Shown here in pieces: positions 1-12,000 of a stretch of DNA of 64,000 nt (positions within the stretch are counted from its first letter, which is position 1; each line of letters starts with the position of its first letter). Location: the NCBI GenBank assembly GCA_002633005.1, contig NMRA01000308.1, positions 62,001 to 126,000 of the forward strand, written 5' to 3'. The stretch is from Phoronis australis. Lineage: Eukaryota > Animalia > Phoronida. Below the pieces are notes generated by a model, which was not told where the DNA came from, did not search any database, and saw only the letters and a list, made by a program, of their open reading frames with translations. The position numbers were made by a program, and so were the translations under genes.

Positions 1-70
1 CCGACATGATCAGGTGATCACACAACTTCTCTTCATTCTTACAGTCCACTGCACTTTGAGCACACAGAGA
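1..70 (-). CDS. NBEA: NBEA exon 33, partial ([23 protein letters not shown]...)
   Basis: ctctccctttacag acceptor ending at 71; matches the S.CAQ...EEK.CDHLI segment that follows HAEFE in neurobeachins; runs off the window. Confidence 0.88.
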
Positions 71-3000
71 CTGTAAAGGGAGAGGTTAAGCATACTTTGC
101 ATTCTTACAGTCCACTGCACTTTGAGCACACAGAGACTGTAAAGGGAGAGGTTAAGCATACTTTGCATTCTTACAGTCCACTGCACTTTGAGCACACAGA
201 GACTGTAAAGGGAGAGGTTAAGCATACTTTGCATTCTTACAGTCCACTGCACTTTGAGCACACAGAGACTGTAAAGGGAGAGGTTAAGCATACTTTGCAT
301 TCTTACAGTCCACTGCACTTTGAGCACACAGAGACTGTAAAGGGAGAGGTTAAGCATACTTTGCATTCTTACAGTCCACTGCACTTTGAGCACACAGAGA
401 CTGTAAAGGGAGAGGTTAAGCATACTTTGTGAAATGAAAATGAGAAATCAAAATAATTGGTATAACAGCGCACTAGAAAGACGAATAACGTCATTCCCTG
501 GTTTGAAAAAAGTTTGCCAATCAAGATCAAGATTGATTTGAACGAGGCGTGTCTGCTAAACATATCGTATATATTGAATGCCATGGGCTGGAAAAAAGAT
601 ATTTTGTTATTTGACTATGTAAACTTTTGTAAAAACCAAAGTCATTCTTAGTGAACCACTAATTCACCAAATTTTTTGAAACATGATTTTGTCAACCACT
701 TGCCAGACAACTCCAAAAAAGGCAAAAAAGCAGGGACAATCACAAAAAACTAACACACATTGAAAAGCAATTAAAAAGATATTAAATAATTATTGTGATT
801 CAAAAATTTCTTCCATTTCAAAATTCTTGCCCCTTCTTTCTTTTTGTAGATACAAGCTTTACCAATACAAAATTTATCTCTGACAAAATGTCTAAAGTTT
901 CTTGTTCCAGAATATCAAGTTGGTCAACAGGAGTCCATCTGGGCAGTAGGATCAAGACAAGGTGACTTTAGAGTCCTTTAGGTTGCATTCAATGGAGGCA
1001 GAGATACACTGCTAAACACCATTACTGTAACAAGTTAACTTTAGAGTCCTTTACAAGAATAAATTCAATGGGGGGTGGAGATACGCAGCCAAACCGCATT
1101 ACTGTAACAGCGTGGGTGCAAAACATCATCATCTGACAGTCTAAGTCCAGAGAATAATTCTTTCAGAGGAAATAATAGGCCATTGGCCCTCACCTCTGAT
1201 GGCCCTAGACAATAAAGTGGTTACCTCAAACTCAGCATGCCTCTGCACATCCTCGGCTCTCATGCGATTCAAGATAAACTCTGCCTCATTGGCCACTCTC
1301 ACTATGTGGTCCCGTGTAGCATGAGCCAGCAGCCTACAGTGACAAGACATTTTTGAACAGACGAAGAAGCTCAATGTAACTTTACATGAATGTATGCTTT
1401 TGTATTTTTCAACATGCGACACTATTTTAACAGTGAAAAGCGTCACTGACTGCAGACACTAACAAGAAAGCTACTTGTAATGACATCACAATTTAACCAA
1501 CTTTAAATAACTGGTCCAATTTCCCTGCTAAATCAATTTCAGGAATGGCCATGTAATATTCGGCGTGTACACACGAGACGACAGAGGTCAGGGTAGGGAA
1601 ACAACCAACGACTGGACTTTTAACTCAGGCCTGTGGGTTACACAAGTCCGAGGGCCCCAGGTATAGACTCGAGTTGAACCACAGGACTTAAGCTCCAACC
1701 TGCAGTGTGATGGAGTCAGGCCACAGACTTGACTACAATACTATCACTGCATCCCGTCAATTTCACTAAATTCCCCTATTGTGTATAAACAAGTGGTTTT
1801 TATTTTTACTTTAATTGTCAGTCCCATTAGAGCTGCCTTTTGTCTGAATCTACTCCTTGAAGTGAGGTGAGGGTAAGTACTGCACATTTCAAGAAGGAAG
1901 TCCCATTCACAAGCAGTGTAAGATTAGGCCATCTATTGGCCAGTTTGTGTCATGGTGTATAGCTGTGAGTGCAGGCCACTGCAGTAAGTTGTATAAGCTG
2001 ATTTTCATATCTATTATCACTGTATGCATCAATCCGTCCTCCTGATTTTATATGTTCATTCCTGCTGTGTTTGATGAGTGTTGAGCACCAACAAGTATTC
2101 ATGGGCCTGTTAGCTAGCTATGTGGCAGTTACACTGTAATTATGTACTAATGTTTGCTCTGGTAACTTGGTGCTGTCTATGCATTACACTTTTGCACCCA
2201 ATAAACTGCCATCCCAATGAAACTGGACATTTTCTGCTTCTTAAGCAGCATGACAGTATTTGCTATATTATGTAAAAGTAGTATTTAGAGGAAATGGTGT
2301 TTGAGGGTGATGGATTGTGTAACTGAGCTACAGTGTTTACAATCTGGTTATGGCATTGTAAGTTTATAGGTTCCGTCAGAGAATTTATAAGCCCCAGTCA
2401 CAGACTCCTTCTCCAACCCAAGAACAGGCCAGTTGTAGTAATGCTTATACCCACCTTCCCTCATTGACAAGTTCAATGAACGCCAGTCCTGCATGTTTCT
2501 GCAACGAGTTTTGCCACTCTTGAGAGCACAGTAACATGACCAGCTCTACAACCGATGAACTCTCTTTTAACGTTATCAGGCCTGTAAATGACGCATAAAG
2601 TTTTAAAGTCATATGCAATGCTGACAGGTTACATCAGATTGATGACACTCTGCTGCCATCTGGTTGTTTTGGAAGGTACTAATTGCTTCTCAGTTGATTT
2701 CATATTAGAAAATGTACGCACATAATGAAAAGGGGGACACACATTAGACAATTAGGTCAAAAGCAAAGATCCTCCTCATGGCAGTAAGAATTGCTGGTCT
2801 GATGTGAAAGTCTTCCATCTACCAGAGTAAAATGATCTAAAATATGGTATCTGAGGCAACTAAAATACGTAGCCGATATTTAACAGAATTTACGATAATT
2901 GGTTATCTGACATTGATAGTTTTAAGACTATCAATTTATTCTGCAACAAGCAACACCCAACAAACTAGGGCACCTCGTTGAATATTTTTAAACTTTTGAA

Positions 3001-6000
3001 AGAAACTTTAACCAAAGCATGTTTGTCAGGAAGTGTTTTTCTTCTGTCAAAGAACAAGCAGTAAAGGATGGATTAACTTCAGTTTGAAAAAAAATATTTA
3101 CTGCTCACACAATCAAGGGATGTCTTAGAATGTAACTGTTGAATATTAGAAGACACTTCAAGTGGAATACCTCCTGATACCAGCTCCTGGCCATGAGAAC
3201 CAATCAACGTCTTGGACAAGAATGGTGCAAAGTCAGTGAAGAGTTCGCGCAGAAGAGGGGCAACCGTCTCCAAGGCCCGCTCAAGTCTATCCGTCAGTGT
3301 CCCAGGCGTGTCCCTGTGGTGGTGATGAGAGAACTCTATTGTGCCAGGAATGTTTCCAGACAGATCTAGACGAGGACGAGACTTGCCATCACCTGGCAGG
3401 CTAATGGCTGCAACAGGACGACTGTCACCATCAGCTAACGGTGTCGATGGAACAGAATCAGGCACTTTATCCACATCATCAGATTCTGTCTCGGAATTTT
3501 CGTCAGGAACACCATTGTCTCCTTCGTGATCTCCTGAACCCGTTTGCTTTTTATCCCCGTTTTGCTTAATTTCTAGACCGTCTGAAAGTTTTTGATCGCA
3601 TTGATCATTTTTGGCATTTGGTAAACTCTCACTATTGGCAGCCTCAGATGCATTCACATCCTCGGCAGTTGTTGTATCTCCTTCTCCTTCATTTTCCTTG
3701 TGATTATCTCCCTCTCCATTTTCCTTCTGCTCTTCTCCTCCATCTTCCAATTCATTCTTTCCATCTTCTGCTTGGTCACCTGCCTCCTCATGCTCTTCAT
3801 CAACAGATTTGTGTTCACCATTGGGAACATCAAAATGAACATCTACACTAACCTCAACCTGTTTGGTATAATTGATACATCTTAAACTATGTTTTTAAAC
3901 AAGTGACATTATTAGCAAGAAGCTGNTGAAAGTTTTTGATCGCATTGATCATTTTTGGCATTTGGTAAACTCTCATCTGTACTATTGGCAGCCTCAGATG
4001 CATTCACATCCTCGGCAGTTGTTGTATCTCCTTCTCCTTCATTTTCCTTGTGATTATCTCCCTCTCCATTTTCCTTCTGCTCTTCTCCTCCATCTTCCAG
4101 TTCATTCTTTCCATCTTCTGCTTGGTCACCTGCCTCCTCATGCTCTTCATCAACAGATTTGTGTTCACCATTGGGAACATCAGAATGAACATCTACACTA
4201 ACCTCAACCTGTTTGGTATAATTGATACATCTTAAACTATGTTTTTAAACAAGTGACATTATTAGCAAGAAGCTGGAACTTAGATGAAACACACACATTA
4301 AAGAACCATCTTTTAATTTAACAATTTATACAATGTATTACAGATTTAAATCGCATTCCTTCACCAGCTTTATATTCTTTACCATACAATAATAATGTCA
4401 TTAGGCGTTATTGCACGTACACAAAACATGGTTATTGCATAACCGAATTGACATATGTGGTATAATTAGAATTTAGTAAACCCAAAGAAAACACAGGCAC
4501 ATGAAACTCCAGACCTTCAATGGAAATACTATATGTCACTCATTCTCTTAGATAAAGTTATGTTGAGGCCCACAATGATTTACAAACACTTAAGTAAAAG
4601 ATTAATCCTTCAAAAATATAAACAAATCTTGAAAAGTACAGTTGATGACCCTCCATATAATTTCCAGGAAGCGGTTAAATTTACTTCATTGGAAAAATGA
4701 TGTAGTAGATATTCAACTAACATTTTTCACCGACAAAATGGGAGATATTTAAAAATTTATTGTTACACAGAACCACCTACCTGTTCAGAATCCAGGTCAT
4801 CTTCACTCTGACTATCAGCGCCCCCTGCCATCATGGTAACACCAACAGAATCTACAGTATTGTCCATATCCCAGGACTCTTCATCGACATGAGAAGACTC
4901 TGCAGAAGGAAATGATAGTTTATTGGATATAAAAATCAATTGCCATGGTGATCCACAAACTACATATTGATTGAACATTCTGGGAACTGTTTTTATGACG
5001 AGATTACTCGACATGTAGATTGACTTTGTGTAACATGATGCAAAGAAAGAGATCTTTTCTAATGCACACATCAGCAGAGTATGCAGAGGTCTACTTGTCA
5101 CCTCATAAAGACCTTCAAACAGTGTATAAGCATGCACACAGCACGCTGAGAAAAGTATACATGACAGGAACACAGCCAGAGTATTGTGTCCTTCAACACA
5201 CAATTAATGTTAGAAACCACACTTCAGAGGAGCTTACTACCATACAATTTAGGGTGATTCATGATATATTTTGCACAAAAATAATTCCCAAATTGTCATA
5301 TTTTTTCAAAATATTGATTATCTTTCTACAAATCACAAAAAATATCAAATGCTGTTCCATGACATCTAAACAGTTAAAACCATAAAAAGCACACTAATAA
5401 TAGACTAAAATTGTCTGATAATCTTTAGATTGATAAGAAACGTTGACCAACATAAAATTTCACTTGTGCTCCATATTGTAGGCTAAATAGATGAGGAATT
5501 GTCTTCTTTAGATTATTGCGGACATTTTATAGTGCACGACGGACATTTGCGAGCAGTGTATTTCTTGCTGTGACCTCATAATGACTAGGGCTTAGCTGAG
5601 CACTTGTTGAAAGCCAAAACATGGAGTTGAGGCTTGTTTCTTAATAGACACCCAGATACTGTTATAACTGTACCCTCAGCTGCCTGGTCTCTTGTGGACT
5701 GGAAAGGATGTGTCCTCCGAGGGGTCGACGCACAGCTTGGGGGCTCAAGGATGTCTCTGTATTTGGACACCATCAGCACAGACGTGAAGTAAACGACCGC
5801 TAGAGCCAGGAACTCAGCCTGTTTAGTTTCCTCCTATAATGAATCAGAAAAGAGCCATTTTTGGTGTTCACTGCATGCTACAAAATTTTAAAGATTCTTT
5901 TCTTTGTGCGAGACCCTTGTGGTCCAAATACATTTTATCAAGACCCGCTTGAATATTTGCATTGTACATCAAGAGCAACACACAGCACTGAAATGAGCCC

Positions 6001-9000
6001 ATGACTGCACCACAAGTGTTATCCTTCTAGGGGTTTCGAATAATACCATAAAATGGCCTCTAGGTGGCACAGAATAAGACAAACCTGTCCAAAATAGGAT
6101 GGCGTCATCCTCTCACCAACAGAAACAAAATTAATTTGCTTCATGAAAATCTGTCACAGAATTCCAATGAACAGAGGGAAACATTGCCAGTAAGAGGTGG
6201 ATCGAAATGAGCGGTCAGCTGTTACCAGGTTCATAGGAATACACTTGCCAAAGTAAACAAAGATCTTGCAAATGGTTTAGGAGATACAGCTGTAGATGCA
6301 AAAACAAAAGTGCCACAACAGTCGCACCAATTTTAAAGTCAACGTTAGCCATAACCTTTTCAGCAAGTTTTGTCAACTTTTGTAATGATCTCTCCAGCAA
6401 TTTCGCAGATAGCGAGGGGCAGATGTTGACAGACTCACAAATGATGAAAATGGCCACTGGGTGGTGCAGAATACATTCAATCTGTCCAAAAATGGAAAGG
6501 CAAATTTGATGAAAACCCATCATGGAACACCGGAGATACGGAGTCAAAAGTAAAAAACCCATAAAGTTGAGAGGACACAGCAGTAGTTTAATCAGTCCAA
6601 AACACTTTGTCATCTGTCATCAGCTTTATAGGAGCATATCTGCCAAATTTCGCAACGATCCCTCAAAGGGTTGAGAAGATACAGCTGCAAACGCAAAAAA
6701 ACAAAATTGCCACTAGGATGCATCACAGTATTTTGACTGTCCAAAAATCAACTGGCACACCAGTACTTGGATCCATCTGAAAATCGGCATCATCTGTCAG
6801 CTTCAAAGAAACTCCTATGCCAAATTTCATAACGTTCCTGCGAGTGGTTTAGGAGATATAGCAGCAGACACTAGGTGCCAAGCGTGCGGACAGAGATGAC
6901 AGCAACATATACCCACATTATATGTATTGCAGCAGCATGTTATACCAGCACCAAGCCTGGCTACATGCACAAGCAAGCACAAATAAACATGTTCTGCAGC
7001 TCTATGATTTCTCAAAAAATTTAAAAATAATGTTAAAACATGCATATCAAAAAAGAAAAATAAGAAAGCATTGATACAACATGGATATAAATCAGTAGCC
7101 ATCAATAATCCACACACATGATAAAAGAAACATGTTGTAATGCAAAATTCCAGCTTCAAACTCTATTAGAACTTGGATAAACCTCCTTCATGCGAGTCTT
7201 TTTGTAGAACATTTTGCTCAGCAATTTTACTCAAGTGAAAACAGCTAATAATTCCTCAACTTTTGTGTTCATGAGGTAATAAAAGTTTCAAGATTTTGGA
7301 AACTATTCCAAAAATGTTACACAGAAACGGAAATAAGTATTGAAGTAGAAAGTGAAAGTAATACTCCACCTCATGAGATACAGTATCTTTAGCAATGGAA
7401 GAATGTGGCAAAATCAAGTAAAAAAACAGCCTCTTGTTCAGGGATGTTCAGTAATGCCAGTAATAAGAGAAATCTAGTAAAATTATGTACTTTTGTTTGT
7501 AATGCATGGCAACATCTTGAGTCAGTCCCCTTCTAAATTCAGGATTTAAAAAGAAGGATAATTTAACAACACGATCTCGCCAAACTCAGAAGATACTAGC
7601 CTTATAAAACACACCATTGAATCTGAGAAAAATGGTATGCGATCTATTCTGAATTATTTCTCATTGTATAGGACAGCACATCTTCAGTTGTTGTTCTTTA
7701 AATTCCTAAGCAATCTTATTAACTCCAGATGAGATGATGACAACACTTATGAATCTAGTGTTAGACAACGTGAGATGAACAAGACAATGTTTGATGAACA
7801 TAGCCAACATTGCTGACTATGCTGTTTACAGCAAACAACACCAGGTTTTACAACCAACTACAGCCAGGATATTATCAAAGTGTACAGTCAAGCTGTCTGC
7901 CAACAGAGAACTACTGCCCCACACAAAGACTTTCGTACTACTCAGGGATTGTCTTGACAGCATCGTTATAGAAATATACACACATGCACAAGGTGCATTA
8001 GGGTAAAAATTCTCCAATTTGAGACAGTATCTAAAATTTGGGACATGGAAACTCCTGTAAAAATTGAATTATCTTTATTCTGTAATTACTCTGGAACAAA
8101 AGCAATTTTACCGTTCACCATATTTCTCAATTTTCGGACAATGCATTTTCAATCTACAGAGAATGAGTAGTTCTGCCATCCTTTCGGAGAATCTTGTATT
8201 TAGGACAACCAATATTGACTATTTCTAGAATTAGGGACAAGCTTCAGACTCGTGCAAAACAATAATTTATCACAGTTCCAACTTAGAGAATTTTGACCAT
8301 GACTCTTTAACACTTACAATTATCCATAAATATCAGTAACTTCAAATAAACTGTTGGTAGCATTATTCTGTTATGGTGTACACAATATTAAACGTAATTA
8401 CAACAATGTTGAACTGAGCTACTCAAGTTAGGTAAACTTTTAGCATATTTCCGTGAAACAGTCACGAGTCAATGCTGCTAGATGACAACTAGTACGAGTC
8501 AATGCTGCTAGATCTTAATCCTGAAATAATTAGAAAAGTTCTATAAATAAGTGAGCTTAACACAAAATAGTATAACAATCAGGAGGAACAAACAACACCA
8601 CTAAAAATTTGATCGTCCACGACACGAGACCAGGCACAATGGGACTGTGGCACTTCACTTTCATTACTTTCATGGCTTGACATAGTTTGGACATCAGTAG
8701 GGTTTATAACTACTGCACATGGACATACTTTGGCCATCAGTAGGGTTTATAACTACCGTACATGGACATAGTTTGGACATCAGTAGCCCTTACATGGACA
8801 TTGAAGATAACTGTTTCTGTTCCTGAGCCACAGAACTAAAACTGTGCTGCGATCAAACAAAAGAGCTAATAAGTCAGCTATCACTCAACTACTCATGTGC
8901 TAAGTATGGTAATTGTCAATGAAATGGCAAGGCAAGACTTGGGAAGTCAAACGACTGAGTACCATACTCATACCATGGTAACTATATGAGTACCATACTC

Positions 9001-12000
9001 ATACCATGGTAACTATATTATGCATATTAAAAAGTTGTGAGACTTGAAGTCCTCAAGTGGTAAATGGTGAAGTCATTTATTACATGGGTAATGAAAACTA
9101 TGTTTGCTGGGGCTTGTATTCTCATGGATCTGCCTACAGCGCCATCTACTATTTGACAACAAACTAAAAACATGCATACAAATGAATTAAAATACTCCTG
9201 ATTCAGCCCTTCATATAACCTATAATACTTCTAACGACAAGCAGAAAATCCTTGCGCCAACGTGATACAACTTGCTTGTATTCAAAACACCACAAATTCT
9301 ATATTCATTGATAAGGTGGAAATAAATTTAAATAAAAGTGGAATGGCATATTTTTCTTGGCAGCAAGAACTCATTAACTGAAAAAACATTACCCGTATTA
9401 CCAACAAACATCGTTTAAGTATTTCAATACTTAAAATCTGGTCTCAGTTTTTTGTAATACTACTTTCAAAAATCATACACAAAATGAAACAATGCATTCA
9501 TCAAAAACATTGGGGAGAGGATATGTTAACATCACGCCAAACATACAAGCAATACTTACACTATTGAGACCAAATGTCTGAAAAAGTGGCATAAACTGAG
9601 CTATTGGCCAGACTCCAAATGATTATTAAATGCTATGGTCAACAACAACTAAAGCATGAATCAGAAAAGTTCTGTTTTGAAATCATCTCCAACAGACTTT
9701 TTGGCTAAAACTACCATCATGCATATCACAGATGGGGTTATTATTTTTCCAAGGGAGTTGAAAATGCCCAGGTAAGCAAACACACTGTGAGAAACAGTGC
9801 TTAAACGTTGACTTTGAAAAAAATAGAAAAACATTAACAAGAAACAACGCCACCAAACTTAGTCAAGACTAGACTTGAAAATTCACCTACCATGTGCCAC
9901 GCTTAAAGTAAACTTTCACAAATTTAAAATATGTGATTGCTTGATTTTCTAGTTACCTGAACAAGCTCTGCTGGCCTCATGACCAGATGATTATAAGATT
10001 CTAACCAATTGCATATTAACATTGTGTCAACACCAGGCCAATACATTATTTGAGGTATTTAAACATTCTTTGCATTTATGCCAGCAACTACATACAAGCG
10101 CCACCTATAGTATAACTATGCAGTAACTAAGTGACAACAGCCAAACTCAGCCAGGGTGGACATGAAAATTACGCATTAGCTCTCCTCCAGTTTTTAATGG
10201 CTGCATGCACGTTATGCTGACTCATTGCTTCTTTAATCACTTTTTATTCAAAGCAAATAGAAGCCTTATTAAAAAAGTCTAACGAAAAGATGACAAAATT
10301 TGAAAGTGGGACAGAATAAGAAGAGAAAGCTGTAGTATGAAATATGTCTGATATTTATGGAGCATTGCCAGGCTAAAGTCATGATACGTTCAATAGAAGT
10401 GAACAAACATTGACTAAGATAAGTTGGACAGAAAACCTCAGGCCACAATTATTTTGTGACCTTCTCAGTGAAGACATGCATGGTAGCTACTACAAGAACA
10501 GAAGGAGAAGTTGGATGGTAATTATCAAGCCCAAGTGTCCCTGTCTGACACAGACAAATGGACACAAGTTGAATTACTTTGGTGAGATAGAAAGACTGGA
10601 AATGTTGACCTACAACGTCTCGGTAGATGACCGCCCGTAGTCGATTCACATCCATGTCCTGCAAAAGGCGCTCCGCATCCTGAATGGGCGACACTTGGCC
10701 CCCCAAGTTTTCAACGATGTTCTGTAAAATAAAAAATTAGACAGTATTTCAGAAAATCATTGTGAGTTGAACTTTTCCTGTAATAAATAATGAAATCAAC
10801 ATTTCACAAGGGACATTTTAATTGTCTTTATTAAAAATTCTTATTATAACATACAAGAGTATTTTTAAGTCATCAAGAATAAGGGACACTCACTTCATGT
10901 TAAACTTGCAGCTCACAAAATATCATTTATAGTGAATCACCCTTTGGCTATTGTCAATATCTTATAACAGTTTGCGAAGAAACGTCTTCATATCTTACTT
11001 AACAATCATGTTATACCTTATCTGATGGCTGTGTGCCTCTGATCAAGGCTGCTATAGGGTCTTGACGACCGTTTGGCAGCGCTGACTGTGGTGAGGGTGG
11101 AGCTGAGTCGGAGTCATTTTGAGCAAATCGGCGCTGACACTCCAGACAGTTTCGAACAGCACACGTGCACACTAGAGAGCAGTATCAGTATCATAAAGAA
11201 TGGCAAAAGTGAAATATTTTTGGGTAAAGGTAATAAAAATCTGCCTAACAACTGCCAAAATAAAAGAATGATAGACTTAAGACACCCTCGAACACATCAA
11301 AAACTGATTCCTTTTGTATCCAAATGTGAACACTTTATTGATGTGTCTTGAAACACCCAAATCCAAACACTCTACTCGAACAACACATACACAAAACAAA
11401 TGCAAAAAATTCTACAGTTTGGAACACTGAAATTAATCATTTTGCTAGAGACTGAAGCTTAACAAAACTTTTAAAAATAGGGAATAATATCAGTGCCAAA
11501 TTCAAGAATTACAAGAAACAATTATTCACCTCCATGCTAAGCACTACGAGGATGCATGACATTATTTGAATTGGCAAGTCTATCTCCAGACTGTTAATAC
11601 ACAGTGTCTGATATTTGAGAAATATTAGGAATGTCAAAATTGCCCATGCCCCTTTCTTGTCAGCCAATTAAATTTCGGCGTCCCTAATTTTAGAGACTGT
11701 CCAAAACTGGAGCATTTTTATTATACCTGGTTAGGACATGAGGTCTAAGCCCCAGTCATTCCACTCTTTCAATCCAAGACACCACTTCATAATGAATTGA
11801 GTTACAAACAACCCCACTCACCCACCCAGACAGTCTCAGTATGATACGCAGTCCAAAGCTGACCACCCAATTACCCATGCTAAATAAGACACTGTCTCAA
11901 TATGACATGAGGTCCAAAACTGGCCACTTCACTTACCCACCCAAAAACATTGTCTCAATAAGACACGAGGTCCAAAACTGACCACTCCACTTACCCACCC

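Noticed and set aside
10-432. Repetitive ORFs (137 aa and 111 aa) and a CRISPR-like appearance
   Set aside because: Both ORFs are by-products of a 66-bp tandem repeat. There are no unique spacers or cas genes, and the DNA is eukaryotic.
960-1110. Two-copy ~73-bp intronic duplication
   Set aside because: An ordinary decayed tandem duplication that does not overlap a splice site.
2388-2430. 13-nt identity (taagccccagtca) plus weak similarity with 11746-11785, both downstream of donors
   Set aside because: Too short to separate from chance or a decayed repeat without an alignment statistic.
5102-5145. Possible small exon in intron 28
   Set aside because: The better donor gives 44 nt (frameshift), and the in-frame donor GTCTTT is weak.
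9957-10000. AG...CAG|GTAACT bounded 44-nt segment in intron 27
   Set aside because: Poor pyrimidine tract, not a multiple of 3, in-frame TGA; no support as an exon.
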